Part shown: one piece after another, positions 9,343 to 19,774 of the stretch
How positions within the stretch are numbered: position 1 is the stretch's first letter
Layout: each line of letters begins with the position of its first letter
Origin: an uncultured bacterium
GTDB taxonomy: Bacteria > Verrucomicrobiota > Verrucomicrobiia > Verrucomicrobiales > DEV007
Assembly (NCBI GenBank): GCA_963977015.1
Contig: CAXBMO010000006.1
Coordinates: forward strand, 128,001-192,000
Direction of reading: 5' to 3'
DNA: 64,000 nucleotides
The notes under the pieces: generated by a model
Databases searched by the model: none
Seen by the model: the letters and a program-made list of their open reading frames with translations, nothing else
Told to the model about the DNA's origin: nothing
Program-made: the position numbers and the translations under genes

Positions 9343-10755
9343 ATGATGAAACGAATCACTACCTCACTTGTCGCCCTTTTGGCTCTTTCCGGAATTTCGG
9401 AGGCCAGGCAAGTCCAAATGGATGTTGCGCTCGCCAATCCGTTTCTGGAAGCCGGCAAAAAGAACACGACGTATCTGAAGGTCGGCTTGACCGGCTTTGA
9501 AATGGCGGATGATCAGGAGCGAACGCCCGTCAATGTCGCGCTCGTGATCGATAAATCCTCGTCCATGGGCGGCGAAAAAATCGCGCAAGCCCGCAATGCC
9601 GCAAAGATGGCCATCGAGCGACTGCGCGAGGACGACATCGTCTCGATCGTGACCTACGATTCAAACGTCCAGGTTTTGGTGCCGGCGACGAAGTTGACCG
9701 ACAAGGCGGAGGTTTTGCGGCGAATCGATGAAATACAGGCGGGAGGATCGACCGCGTTGTTTGCCGGGGTGAGCAAGGGCGCCGCTGAGTTGCGCAAGTT
9801 TCTCGCCAACGATCGGGTCAATCGGGTGATCCTGCTGTCCGATGGTCAGGCCAACGTCGGGCCGAAGTCTCCGGGAGAGTTGGGGGAGCTGGGCGAGTCG
9901 CTCGTGAAGGAAGGGATCTCGGTTTCCACGATTGGTCTGGGATTGGGTTACAACGAAGACCTGATGGTCAAACTCGCGTTCAAGAGCGATGGCAATCACA
10001 TCTTTGTGGAGGATGAAGACCAACTGGTCGGGATTTTTGACGAAGAGTTTGGCGACATCCTTTCCGTGGTTGCGCAGGAAGTCGTTGTCGAAATCGAGTG
10101 TGCTCCGGGAATTCGTCCGGTTCGGATGCTTGGACGTGAGGCCGATATTTCCGGGCAACGGGTAATCACCATGTTGAACCAAATCTACAGCGGTCAGGAA
10201 AAATACATCCTGCTCGAGGTCGAGGTTCCTGTGGGCAGGCCTGATGCGACCCTTCAGGTGGCGACCGTGAACGTGGCCTACGCCAACATGTCAACGCAGA
10301 CGACCGACGAATTGGCGAGCACGTTGGGAGTTCGTTTCACCGCTTCGGCGGAACTCGCGGCAAGCGAGGCCAATGAAGAAGTGATGGAAGCTTCCGTGTT
10401 ATTGATCGCGACCGATCGCAATAAGTTGGCGGTGAAACTGCGCGACGAGGGCAAAGTGAAAGAGGCAAAGGTCCTTTTGACCGAAAATGCGATTTACCTG
10501 GAAGAGAATGCACAGGTCCTGGAATCGAAGCAGTTGGCCGATTACGCGGTGAGCAATCGTGATGATGCGGACAACGTGGACAAGGACTGGGGACGTCAGC
10601 GCAAGGCGATGGTTCAGCAGGGATACACCAACACCGTCCAGCAAAAGGAGTCGCTGTCGATTGGGAGTCTCGGGAAGCGTCGCAGTGATGCCACAGCTCC
10701 GAATCCTCCCGCATCAAAGACGGATAAACCTCAACTCCAGAAGAAGTCGAAGTAG
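9343..10755 (+). CDS. Secreted vWA domain protein (YfbK-like)
   Basis: Signal peptide; MIDAS residues DKSSSM, GGSTAL, LLSDGQAN. Confidence 0.88.
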   Translation: MMKRITTSLVALLALSGISEARQVQMDVALANPFLEAGKKNTTYLKVGLTGFEMADDQERTPVNVALVIDKSSSMGGEKIAQARNAAKMAIERLREDDIVSIVTYDSNVQVLVPATKLTDKAEVLRRIDEIQAGGSTALFAGVSKGAAELRKFLANDRVNRVILLSDGQANVGPKSPGELGELGESLVKEGISVSTIGLGLGYNEDLMVKLAFKSDGNHIFVEDEDQLVGIFDEEFGDILSVVAQEVVVEIECAPGIRPVRMLGREADISGQRVITMLNQIYSGQEKYILLEVEVPVGRPDATLQVATVNVAYANMSTQTTDELASTLGVRFTASAELAASEANEEVMEASVLLIATDRNKLAVKLRDEGKVKEAKVLLTENAIYLEENAQVLESKQLADYAVSNRDDADNVDKDWGRQRKAMVQQGYTNTVQQKESLSIGSLGKRRSDATAPNPPASKTDKPQLQKKSK

Positions 10756-10760
10756 ATGGA

Positions 10761-12317
10761 ATGAAGCCCCGTTTGCTCCTCATCTTTTTAACGATTGTGC
10801 TGGTCCCAGCCGGGTTGATTACCTGGCTGGGATTGCGCGTCAGTGAAGAGGAACAGCATCGCGAACGCCGTCAACTTCGGGCGCTCATGACCGATGCCCT
10901 GGTGAATACGCGAACGGGGATTGATCGACTGGTTCAAGATCGCGCCCAGCACATTTTTTCGATCATCGAACAGGCCGCTGTGGTTTCGGATGAAGAACGG
11001 CAAACCATCAGCCGGACCAATCCCTGGATTCGTCAGATTTTCGTGGTGACGGCTCGGGGAGAGTTTTTGTTCCCGAATGTGGATGAAGTTGCGAGGTTGA
11101 CCCGGCGTGAGCGCGACTTTTTTGAGCGATCGCAGGCGATGTGGGAATCGGGGCCCGATTTTGGAAATGGCGACGAAAAGGGGAGGGGGCAGAGCCGCGG
11201 CTGGCACACGTGGTATTGGAATGACGGTTTGCACATTCTCGCCTGGTCGCGGAATCTCAAAACCGGTCACATCGTGGGAGCCGAAATTGAACGCATGCGG
11301 CTTCTCTCCGATGTCCTAGCTTCGCTTCCGTCGCAGGGAACGGACGATGATCTGCCGGAGCAGGCGCGCATTCAGCTTCGGGATGTCTCCGGGCGTCTGC
11401 TTTATGCGTGGGGAGGTTTTGAGCCTGCCGAAAATAGTGAACCGATGACGGAGTTGAAGCTCAATGAACCTCTGGCCGGGTGGCGGTTGGAGTATTTCTC
11501 AAACCTGTCGATCTATCGCGACGCCGGCACGAGCAGTTTCGCGAGTTTTGCCTGGACGCTGGCGTTGACGATCGTGGCGTCGTTGGTTTTGGCGGCTTAT
11601 TTTTATCGGGAATACTGTCGCGAAATGCACGAGGCCGGTCAGCGGGTGACGTTTGTGAACCAGGTCAGCCATGAGCTGAAAACTCCGCTGACGAACATCC
11701 GGATGTATGCCGAGATGCTGGAAGCAAGAATGGATCCGGAGGATCAGGAAACCCGGCGGAGTGTGGAGGTGATTGTCGATGAGAGTCAGCGGCTGAGCCG
11801 GTTGATTAGCAATGTTCTGACCTTTTCGCGAGCTCGTCAGGACAAGTTGGAGATTCGAAAGAAAGCCGGAGTGGTGGACGAGGTCATCGCGAATGCGGTG
11901 GAGCATTTTCGTCCCGGTCTTGAGAAGCTTGGATTTGAGATCGAATTAGAGGGAGGCGCTTCCGGGAAATGCGGGTTTGATCCGGATGCTCTGGAGCAAA
12001 TTCTCATCAACTTGATCAGCAACGTGGAGAAGTATGCGCCGGAAGGGAAGTTTCTCGGGATTCGCAGCACCTTGAAGGGAGCGGAGTGCCGCATCGAAGT
12101 TTGCGATCGCGGGTCGGGAATTCCCGCGGGCCAGAATGAATGGGTTTTTCAGCCGTTCGAACGGTTGAGCGACAAGCTTTCCGATGCCGCCGGAACCGGA
12201 ATCGGATTGAACATCGCCCGGAATCTCGCCCGGATGCACGGCGGTGATGTCGTTGTGAAGACTGAGCAGGAGGCCGGCGCTTGTTTTGTGGTAACCATTA
12301 CTGTTGACCCGTTATGA
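10761..12317 (+). CDS. Membrane sensor histidine kinase
   Basis: Two TM segments; VSHELKTPL, NLISNVEKY, DRGSGI, GTGIGL boxes. Confidence 0.95.
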   Translation: MKPRLLLIFLTIVLVPAGLITWLGLRVSEEEQHRERRQLRALMTDALVNTRTGIDRLVQDRAQHIFSIIEQAAVVSDEERQTISRTNPWIRQIFVVTARGEFLFPNVDEVARLTRRERDFFERSQAMWESGPDFGNGDEKGRGQSRGWHTWYWNDGLHILAWSRNLKTGHIVGAEIERMRLLSDVLASLPSQGTDDDLPEQARIQLRDVSGRLLYAWGGFEPAENSEPMTELKLNEPLAGWRLEYFSNLSIYRDAGTSSFASFAWTLALTIVASLVLAAYFYREYCREMHEAGQRVTFVNQVSHELKTPLTNIRMYAEMLEARMDPEDQETRRSVEVIVDESQRLSRLISNVLTFSRARQDKLEIRKKAGVVDEVIANAVEHFRPGLEKLGFEIELEGGASGKCGFDPDALEQILINLISNVEKYAPEGKFLGIRSTLKGAECRIEVCDRGSGIPAGQNEWVFQPFERLSDKLSDAAGTGIGLNIARNLARMHGGDVVVKTEQEAGACFVVTITVDPL

Positions 12318-12994
12318 AAGTTCTCGTTGCTGAAGATGATCCCAATACCCGCGAAGGGCTCCGCCAGATTCTCGCGGACGAAGGCTATGATGTGGTGACG
12401 GCGCCCAACGGAGAGGATGCGCTGGCTGTCTTTCAGTCGGACGGGCCTCAGGTGGTCTGCCTGGATGTGATGATGCCGAGAATGGATGGTTATGAAGTCT
12501 GCCGACGGATTCGCAAGACGGACGATGAGGTTGCGATCCTCTTTATCACCGCGAAGTCCGAAGAAATTGATGCGGTGTTAGGACTGGAGTTGGGCGCGGA
12601 CGACTTCATTCAGAAGCCGTTCGGCATCAAGGAGGTCGTCGCCCGGATTCGCGCGGTGACGCGGCGCGTTTACGCGAAGCGAGGATCGGAAAGCGCCGCG
12701 GAGTTCCGAATTGCGGACCTTGTCGTCAAGCCGGATCAGCTGCGGGCGTTTCGTGATGAGGAAGCCATGGAGTTGAGTTTGCGCGATGTGAAGATTCTCC
12801 AATTGCTCGTTGAGAATCAAGGCAAGGCGCTGAACCGCGATGTGTTTTTTGATGAGTGTTGGGGCTTTGATTACCTCCCGAACAGTCGAACTCTGGATCA
12901 ACACATTTCCCAGCTCCGGAAGAAGGTCGAAAAGGATCCCAAAGAGCCTGCCATCATCAAAACCGTTCACGGTGTGGGATATCGATACGAGTAA
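12314..12994 (+). CDS. OmpR-family response regulator
   Basis: VAEDD, LDVMMP, GADDFIQKPF, RTLDQHISQLRKK, TVHGVGY. Confidence 0.95.
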   Translation: MKVLVAEDDPNTREGLRQILADEGYDVVTAPNGEDALAVFQSDGPQVVCLDVMMPRMDGYEVCRRIRKTDDEVAILFITAKSEEIDAVLGLELGADDFIQKPFGIKEVVARIRAVTRRVYAKRGSESAAEFRIADLVVKPDQLRAFRDEEAMELSLRDVKILQLLVENQGKALNRDVFFDECWGFDYLPNSRTLDQHISQLRKKVEKDPKEPAIIKTVHGVGYRYE

Positions 12995-13034
12995 GTCGTT
13001 GTAAGGAAAGTTGCCGATGGTAGATCTGACCACC

Positions 13035-13481
13035 ATGAGCAACCTTCAAGAACTCGCCCTCGATCTGACCCAAGACGTTCCCCGTAGTCCGCGCGAAACG
13101 CTTGCCGGATATGTCGTCGCCGGACGCATGCTGGACAAATGCCGCGCGGTCGCAGCGGGAACGAATGGCGAATACCATTTCGACTGTCCGCTGGATAACC
13201 AGTTCCTTTCGTTCGCGGAGATCGCCGCGGAAGACTTCAAAAGCTTTGTCGCGACCGGCGCATCGGATGACGAAGTCGCGGATTGGATTCAGCAACATGC
13301 CAAACCCCGCGAGCGCCGGGAGATCATCGCCTGGAACAACAAAATGCGGGCAACGCGCCCCTGCGACATGCCGATCGAACTCCAGGAGTTTCTGGAAGGA
13401 TATATTCCCGAGGTGATTCCGACGGGGAAAATCGTCTACGTGTGGTTTGATGTCTACGACATCGAAGAGGGGCGAATCTGA
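13035..13481 (+). CDS. DUF5069 family protein
   Basis: DLTQDVPRSPRETLAGY...RMLDKCRA...GEYHFDCPLD...D.EEGR pattern. Confidence 0.75.
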   Translation: MSNLQELALDLTQDVPRSPRETLAGYVVAGRMLDKCRAVAAGTNGEYHFDCPLDNQFLSFAEIAAEDFKSFVATGASDDEVADWIQQHAKPRERREIIAWNNKMRATRPCDMPIELQEFLEGYIPEVIPTGKIVYVWFDVYDIEEGRI

Positions 13482-13557
13482 ATCTTGGGGCAAATTCTGG
13501 AAATTCGAAACTGATTCTTGACTTTGCGTCTCAGCAGCCAAAGGTTAGCAAATCGCC

Positions 13558-13585
13558 TAAACCCGACCAATCCTATAGGGAAATA
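13558..13585 (+). promoter_or_regulatory. Putative Rrf2-family (CymR/IscR-like) operator upstream of cysH
   Basis: TAAACCCGACCAATCCTATAGGGAAATA lies just downstream of TTGACT(13518)-N17-AAGGTT and ahead of the cys operon; resembles IscR type-1/CymR boxes. Confidence 0.55.
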
Positions 13586-13595
13586 GGTATTAACG

Positions 13596-14417
13596 ATGAC
13601 TCAGTCCAAAAAGAAGCGCTCGAAACGAAAGCTTGCCAAGAAGAAAAGCTCGGCAAAGTCCAAGTCTCCGACCCGTCGTGCTGCGGCGCCCAAGAAGTCT
13701 TTGGATCTCAAAGTCTCGACGGAAAGTCTCGAAAAAGTCAGTGCCGAAGAGCGGATCGCCTGGGCTCTGAAGCATTTTCCCACGCAAACCGTGGTTTCTT
13801 CCAGTTTTGGCGCGCAATCTGCAGTGAGTCTGCACATGGCGACGCAGTTGAAGCCGGATGTCCCAGTCGTTCTCATCGACACCGGCTACCTGTTCCCGGA
13901 GACCTACGATTTCATCGATCAATTGAAGGAGCGCCTGGATTTGAATCTTCGGGTCTTTAGTCCTGCGATGAGTCCGGCCTGGCAGGAGCGGCGTTACGGC
14001 AAGCTTTGGGAACAGGGGACGGAGGGCATCGAACGTTACAACCAAATGAACAAGGTCGAGCCCATGAATCGCGCCATTGAGGAATTGAAGGCGAAGGTCT
14101 GGATTTCGGGGGTTCGCCGCGATCAAAGCGACACGCGAGGCCAAATGGACGTGCTCGGGGTCAAGAATGGAACGCTGCGGGTTCACCCGATCATTGATTG
14201 GAATGACAAGGATATTTACGACTATCTCACGAAACACGATCTGCCGTATCACCCACTTTGGGAGCAGGGCTACATTTCGATCGGAGATTGGCACACTTCC
14301 CACAAATTGACGGATTTACAGAATCCCAACGACGCCCGTTTCTTTGGTTTGAAGCGGGAATGCGGATTGCACGAAGACACTGAAACCGCTGCGCAAGCTG
14401 GCGATTACATGATTTAG
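13596..14417 (+). CDS. cysH: Phosphoadenosine phosphosulfate (PAPS) reductase
   Basis: [38 protein letters not shown]; lacks the Fe-S Cys motifs of APS reductases. Confidence 0.93.
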   Translation: MTQSKKKRSKRKLAKKKSSAKSKSPTRRAAAPKKSLDLKVSTESLEKVSAEERIAWALKHFPTQTVVSSSFGAQSAVSLHMATQLKPDVPVVLIDTGYLFPETYDFIDQLKERLDLNLRVFSPAMSPAWQERRYGKLWEQGTEGIERYNQMNKVEPMNRAIEELKAKVWISGVRRDQSDTRGQMDVLGVKNGTLRVHPIIDWNDKDIYDYLTKHDLPYHPLWEQGYISIGDWHTSHKLTDLQNPNDARFFGLKRECGLHEDTETAAQAGDYMI

Positions 14418-14419
14418 AA

Positions 14420-15028
14420 ATGGCTGAAGGAGAACACATTCATCCCGTTTTTGACCGCATGATTGGTCGCGAGGCCAAAGAGAAGCGACTGGGCCAGCGT
14501 GGAATGGTTATTTGGCTCTACGGACTTTCGGGATCCGGGAAATCGACCCTGGCCATCGCGCTCGAAAAGGCGCTGGCCGAAGAGGGCGTGTTTACCCAGA
14601 TTCTGGATGGCGACAACATTCGGACCGGGCTGAACGGGAATCTGGGATTCAGTGATGAAGACCGGAAAGAGAACATTCGCCGGATCTCCGAGGTCGCGAA
14701 GCTCTTCGCGCAAGCCGGGGTGGTGACCATCACCTCCTTTATCACGCCAAAGATTGAACTCCGCGAATCGGCCCGCGAAATCGTCGGGAAAGACGATTTC
14801 CTCGAAGTCTACGTTCGCGCCAGTTTCGAGACCTGCGCCGAGCGCGATCCCAAAGGCCTTTACGCCAAAGCCAAAGCTGGCGAAGTGAAGCAATTCACCG
14901 GGAAAGATTCATCGTTCGAAGAGCCGGAAGCTCCGGATCTCTTCATCGATACTGAAAATGCCTCCATTGAAGAATCCTTGAACCAACTCCTTGAGGTGGT
15001 TCGACCAAGAATCCAACAGACAACCTAA
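14420..15028 (+). CDS. cysC: Adenylyl-sulfate kinase
   Basis: GLSGSGKST, LDGDNIR, ENIRR, RDPKGLY. Confidence 0.97.
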   Translation: MAEGEHIHPVFDRMIGREAKEKRLGQRGMVIWLYGLSGSGKSTLAIALEKALAEEGVFTQILDGDNIRTGLNGNLGFSDEDRKENIRRISEVAKLFAQAGVVTITSFITPKIELRESAREIVGKDDFLEVYVRASFETCAERDPKGLYAKAKAGEVKQFTGKDSSFEEPEAPDLFIDTENASIEESLNQLLEVVRPRIQQTT

Positions 15029-15031
15029 GAC

Positions 15032-15937
15032 ATGCACGGATACACCGTCACACACCTGAAACAGCTCGAGTCCGAAGCCATTTATGTGCTTCGCGAAACC
15101 GCAGCACAATTCGAGAAACCCGCATTGCTCTTTAGTGGAGGCAAGGACTCGATCGTCATGGCCCACCTCGCCCGGAAGGCCTTTCACCCCGCAAAACTCC
15201 CGTTCCCCCTGGTTCACGTTGATACCGGGCACAACTTTGAGGAGACCATGACGTTCCGCGACCAGTTCGTGGAAGAAGTTGGTGCCCGCCTGGTTGTCGG
15301 AAGCGTTCAACAATCGATCGACGAAGGAAAAGTCGCTGAAGAAAAAGGGCCGAATGCGAGCCGGAACCGTCTTCAGATCACGACGTTGCTCGATACCTTG
15401 GCCGAGAACGAATATGACGCAGCCTTGGGTGGTGGACGACGTGACGAAGAGAAGGCGCGGGCCAAGGAACGCTTCTTTTCCCATCGCGATGACTTCGGTC
15501 AATGGGATCCAAAGAACCAGCGTCCCGAGTTGTGGAATATCTTCAACGGTCGCCATCTCCAGGGTGAGCACTTCCGCGTGTTTCCGCTTAGCAACTGGAC
15601 GGAGATGGACGTGTGGCAATACATCAAGATGGAAGAGATTCCCTTGCCGATGCTTTACTTCGCTCACGAGCGTCCCGTGGTTGCCCGGGGTGGCACCTAC
15701 CTGGCGTTGACGGATTTCATCACCGTTGCCGATGATGAGAAAGTCGAGACCAAGCAGATTCGATTCCGGACCATCGGGGACGCCACCTGCACTGGTGCGG
15801 TGGAGTCCGATGCCGACACGGTCGACAAGATTATCGACGAAGTGGCTGCCGCACGGCAAACCGAGCGGGGAACCCGCGCTGACGACAAGCGCTCCGAAAC
15901 CGCCATGGAGGATCGCAAGAAGGAAGGATATTTCTAG
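15032..15937 (+). CDS. cysD: Sulfate adenylyltransferase subunit 2
   Basis: FSGGKDS, HVDTGHNF, RRDEEKARAKER, WDPKNQRPELW, KKEGYF. Confidence 0.97.
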   Translation: MHGYTVTHLKQLESEAIYVLRETAAQFEKPALLFSGGKDSIVMAHLARKAFHPAKLPFPLVHVDTGHNFEETMTFRDQFVEEVGARLVVGSVQQSIDEGKVAEEKGPNASRNRLQITTLLDTLAENEYDAALGGGRRDEEKARAKERFFSHRDDFGQWDPKNQRPELWNIFNGRHLQGEHFRVFPLSNWTEMDVWQYIKMEEIPLPMLYFAHERPVVARGGTYLALTDFITVADDEKVETKQIRFRTIGDATCTGAVESDADTVDKIIDEVAAARQTERGTRADDKRSETAMEDRKKEGYF

Positions 15938-15986
15938 GCCGACGCGATATTCCCAATCTGAAATTGAACCATTTTATACTGAAGAC

Positions 15987-17264
15987 ATGAGCGAAGACAC
16001 AAAAGGATACCTCGACATGGACCTCCTGCGGTTCACCACTGCAGGAAGCGTCGATGACGGAAAATCCACCCTAATTGGACGACTGCTTTACGACTCCAAA
16101 GCGATTTTTGAAGATCAACTCGATGCGATGGAACGCGTTTCCCAAAATCGGGGAGACGAAAACATGGACCTGGCGTTGTTGACCGATGGTTTGCGTGCCG
16201 AGCGCGAGCAGGGCATCACCATTGACGTGGCGTATCGTTACTTTGCGACGCCGAAACGCAAGTTCATCATTGCGGACACTCCGGGCCACATTCAATACAC
16301 ACGGAACATGGTTACGGGAGCTTCCACCGCCGATCTCGCGATCGTTTTGGTGGATGCGCGAAAGGGGGTGATTGAGCAAACCTGCCGTCACGCCTTTATT
16401 GCCAGCCTTCTGCGGATTCAGCACGTCGTCGTAGCGATCAACAAGATGGATTTGGTCGACTATGCGGAAGAGACGTTCGAGAAGATCAAAGAGGAGTTTG
16501 AGGACTTTGCGTCCCGGCTCGAAAACTTGGTCGAAGTCACCTTCATCCCGATCAGTGCGTTGAAAGGGGACAACGTCGTCGACAAGTCCGACCAAATGCC
16601 ATGGTATAAGGGGCCACCGCTTCTCTACCACTTGGAAACCGTCTACATTGGAGCGAACGAGAACCATGTTGACGCCCGATTCCCGGTTCAATGGGTGATT
16701 CGTCCCCAGAGCGACCAATTCCACGATTTTCGTGGCTACGGTGGTCGGGTCGCAGGCGGCGTTTTCAAACCTGGAGACGAGGTCACGGTCTTGCCTTCCG
16801 GATTCAATTCCAAGGTTAAGTCGGTGGAGTGCTACAACGATAGTCTCGAGGAAGCTTACGCCCCGTTGTCTGTGACGATGACTCTCGAAGATGAGATCGA
16901 CATCAGCCGCGGCGACATGATTGCCAAGCCGAACAATCAACCTGAGGTTTCCCAGGATATTGACGCAATGATCTGCTGGTTCAGTGAAGCCAAGAAGCTT
17001 CAGCAGCGTGGCAAATACGTGCTGCGACACACCACCAAAGAGGTGAAGGCGATCGTGAAGGATGTTCGTTACAAGGTGAACATCAATAATCTGCACAAAA
17101 TCGAGGACGATTTGGAGTTCTCTCTGAACGATATCGGTCGAATCTCGATCCGGACCTCGGCTCCGCTGTTCTACGATCGCTATCGACGCAACCGCAACAC
17201 GGGGAGTTTCATCCTGATCGATGAAGCGACCAATGAAACGGTCGCGGCCGGAATGATCGTATAA
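15987..17264 (+). CDS. cysN: Sulfate adenylyltransferase subunit 1
   Basis: GSVDDGKST, EREQGITIDVAYRYF, DTPGH, NKMD; start reset to ATG 15987. Confidence 0.96.
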   Translation: MSEDTKGYLDMDLLRFTTAGSVDDGKSTLIGRLLYDSKAIFEDQLDAMERVSQNRGDENMDLALLTDGLRAEREQGITIDVAYRYFATPKRKFIIADTPGHIQYTRNMVTGASTADLAIVLVDARKGVIEQTCRHAFIASLLRIQHVVVAINKMDLVDYAEETFEKIKEEFEDFASRLENLVEVTFIPISALKGDNVVDKSDQMPWYKGPPLLYHLETVYIGANENHVDARFPVQWVIRPQSDQFHDFRGYGGRVAGGVFKPGDEVTVLPSGFNSKVKSVECYNDSLEEAYAPLSVTMTLEDEIDISRGDMIAKPNNQPEVSQDIDAMICWFSEAKKLQQRGKYVLRHTTKEVKAIVKDVRYKVNINNLHKIEDDLEFSLNDIGRISIRTSAPLFYDRYRRNRNTGSFILIDEATNETVAAGMIV

Positions 17265-17269
17265 ATTTC

Positions 17270-17992
17270 GTGGAATCCACGTTTCGCGTAGGGGACGGCT
17301 GCCTGCAAATTCGCGGGCTGGCCGTCCACTTTCACGCGATCCATGATGACGAAGGTGTCTATCTGATTGATGGTGGGTTTCTTGGCGCGATTCCGCGATT
17401 GGAAGCCGCGCTCGCCGGTATCAATCGGGAACTGACTGATGTCCGGGCGATCTTACTGACGCACGGGCATCTCGATCACACGTTCAACATTGCGGAGTTG
17501 CAAACTCGGACTGGTGCTCCGGTTTGGGCTCCGATACGGGATGCTGATCACGTCGCGGGCGCCTGTCCGTATCGTGGCCTTTCTCGCATTTGTGGTATGA
17601 TGGAGGGCGTGTCCCGTGCGTTGCTGGGCTTCGAGCCGCCTTCAGTTGATCATTGGTTTGAACCCGGAGACGAGCTTCCCTTCTGGGGCGGGTTGAAAGT
17701 TATCGGGTTGCCGGGCCACACGATTGGGCACTGTGGATTTTTTTCCGTGTCGAGGCGTTTGCTCTTTTCCGCCGACCTGTTTTCCAACTATTGGGGACCG
17801 GCTCGCAAACCGCCTCCCTGGTTCAATACCCACCCGGAATTGATCGACGAGAGCCTGCGGGTCGCTCTGGAGTCGGGCCCGGCGGGAGTGCTTCCGAACC
17901 ATTCCCGGCGTCAGGCGCCGGAGGCCCATTTGGAATCGTTGAAGAATCTGGCGCGAAGAAGGTTGGGATCCACATCTGAACCCAATCTTTAG
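17270..17992 (+). CDS. MBL-fold metallo-hydrolase
   Basis: THGHLDH (HxHxDH), PGHTIGH. Confidence 0.88.
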   Translation: MESTFRVGDGCLQIRGLAVHFHAIHDDEGVYLIDGGFLGAIPRLEAALAGINRELTDVRAILLTHGHLDHTFNIAELQTRTGAPVWAPIRDADHVAGACPYRGLSRICGMMEGVSRALLGFEPPSVDHWFEPGDELPFWGGLKVIGLPGHTIGHCGFFSVSRRLLFSADLFSNYWGPARKPPPWFNTHPELIDESLRVALESGPAGVLPNHSRRQAPEAHLESLKNLARRRLGSTSEPNL

Positions 17993-18066
17993 AAATTTCC
18001 GACGGCAAGGTTCGTGAAGTGTGTTACAAATTGCGTTTTTGCTCCGTAACATTCATACATTTCACG

Positions 18067-18948
18067 ATGGCATCCAAGGTTTACGTTGATGGAAAACTCT
18101 TAGACAAGGACGACGCAAAAGTGTCGGTCTTTGATCATGGTCTGCTTTATGGCGATGGCGTCTTCGAAGGGATCCGTTTCTACAATGATCGTGTTTTTCG
18201 CTGCGAGGAACATATCCGCCGACTTTATGACTCGGCGAACGCGATTGCCTTGACCATTCCGATGGAGCCGGAGGAAATGACGGAGGCCATGCTTGAGACG
18301 ATTCGGGCGAATGACCTTCATGATGGATACATCAGGCTTGTGGTGACCCGTGGAGAGGGGGGATTGGGACTGAATCCCAAACTGTGCCCCAAGGCTTCGG
18401 TCATCATCATTGCGGCGACGATCACACTCTACCCTGAAGACGACTACACCAATGGCCTCAAGTTGGTGACGTGCTCGACACGGCGTCCGACTCCGGCATC
18501 GTTGAGCCCGGAGGTAAAGTCGTTGAACTACCTGAACAACGTCATGGCCAAGCTGGAAGCGCTCAATGCCGGTGCGGTCGAAGGCATCATGCTGAATGAG
18601 CAGGGGTTTGTTGCCGAATGCACCGGCGACAATGTGTTTGCGGTGCGCGATGGCGCGATCAAAACGCCTCCGGTTTCAGCTGGAGCGCTGAACGGAATTA
18701 CCCGGAGCGTGATCTTTGACGTCACGAAAGAGCTCGATATCCCGTTGGAAGAGGGGAACATGACACGTTACGAACTCTACACGGCGGACGAAGTCTTTTT
18801 GACCGGCACTGCCGCTGAGGTCATTCCCGTTTCTGAATATGACGGGCGAAAAGTAGGCAAGGATGGGAAGCCCGGGCCGATCACCTTGCGGTGCATCGAA
18901 AAATTCCGCGAGCTTACCAAAAACAGCGGAACGCCAATTTACAATTAG
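18067..18948 (+). CDS. ilvE: Branched-chain amino acid aminotransferase
   Basis: FDHGLLYGDGVFEGIR, YIRLV, VKSLNY (Schiff-base Lys), GITR, GTAAEV. Confidence 0.94.
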   Translation: MASKVYVDGKLLDKDDAKVSVFDHGLLYGDGVFEGIRFYNDRVFRCEEHIRRLYDSANAIALTIPMEPEEMTEAMLETIRANDLHDGYIRLVVTRGEGGLGLNPKLCPKASVIIIAATITLYPEDDYTNGLKLVTCSTRRPTPASLSPEVKSLNYLNNVMAKLEALNAGAVEGIMLNEQGFVAECTGDNVFAVRDGAIKTPPVSAGALNGITRSVIFDVTKELDIPLEEGNMTRYELYTADEVFLTGTAAEVIPVSEYDGRKVGKDGKPGPITLRCIEKFRELTKNSGTPIYN

Positions 18949-18987
18949 TAAGGACAAGCTTAGGATATTTTTCAGAACCCAGCGATC

Positions 18988-19488
18988 ATGGAATGCGACG
19001 TCTGCCATAAAGATAATGCCACTGTGTTTCTCACGCAGGTCGTCGAAGGCCAGGTCCAAAAAGTCAATCTTTGCGACGAGTGTGCCGAAACCAAGGGGGT
19101 TACGGATCCTCAGGGGTTTAATTTGGCGGAGCTCTTAAAAGGTATGGGAGAAAAATCCACACAATCCAAGTCTTCACGGGGAACCATTTGTCCAGTCTGC
19201 GGCTTTTCCCAAGGCGATTTCAAGAAGACCGGACGGATGGGCTGTAGCCACTGCTACGTCATATTTGAAGCGGGTGTGGAAGGGCTCCTGAATGCGATGC
19301 ACAAGGGCACGAGCCATCTCGGAAAAGTTCCGGGTCAGGCGCCTGAAGAAGTGAAAATCGACAACCAGATTGGTGTCTTGCAGAAAAAACTCGCGGACTC
19401 CATCGAAAACGAAAACTACGAAGAGGCAGCCTTGATTCGCGACCAATTGAGGCAGTTGGAAAGCGAGAACATCGCTTCGGAGGCCTGA
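18988..19488 (+). CDS. mcsA: McsA activator (CxxC motifs + UVR domain)
   Basis: Four CxxC pairs, GRMGCSHCY, ENYEEAALIRD; upstream of mcsB-clpC. Confidence 0.9.
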   Translation: MECDVCHKDNATVFLTQVVEGQVQKVNLCDECAETKGVTDPQGFNLAELLKGMGEKSTQSKSSRGTICPVCGFSQGDFKKTGRMGCSHCYVIFEAGVEGLLNAMHKGTSHLGKVPGQAPEEVKIDNQIGVLQKKLADSIENENYEEAALIRDQLRQLESENIASEA

Positions 19489-19774
19489 ATTCGCGGCACG
19501 CGAGTTTTTGCGGGATCTGGAGGCGTTAGGATCATTTGATCCATGGGTGTGGTCGAAAAATCTGCGCCCAAGGGCTAATGCGGAGCGTATGGCAACGGAA
19601 TTGGGAGGCGATCAGTCTTCGAGTTTTTAGCTTTCAGTAATTTCCGTAGTTAATAAGATACATCAAATTGTCAGATTCGCCGTGAGAATGGGAAGATCGC
19701 TTTCTTTCGAGAATATTACTGAACTGACTAGCATTGACGCTAAACGCGTGTTTACTTTCAACAGTCGATAACCG

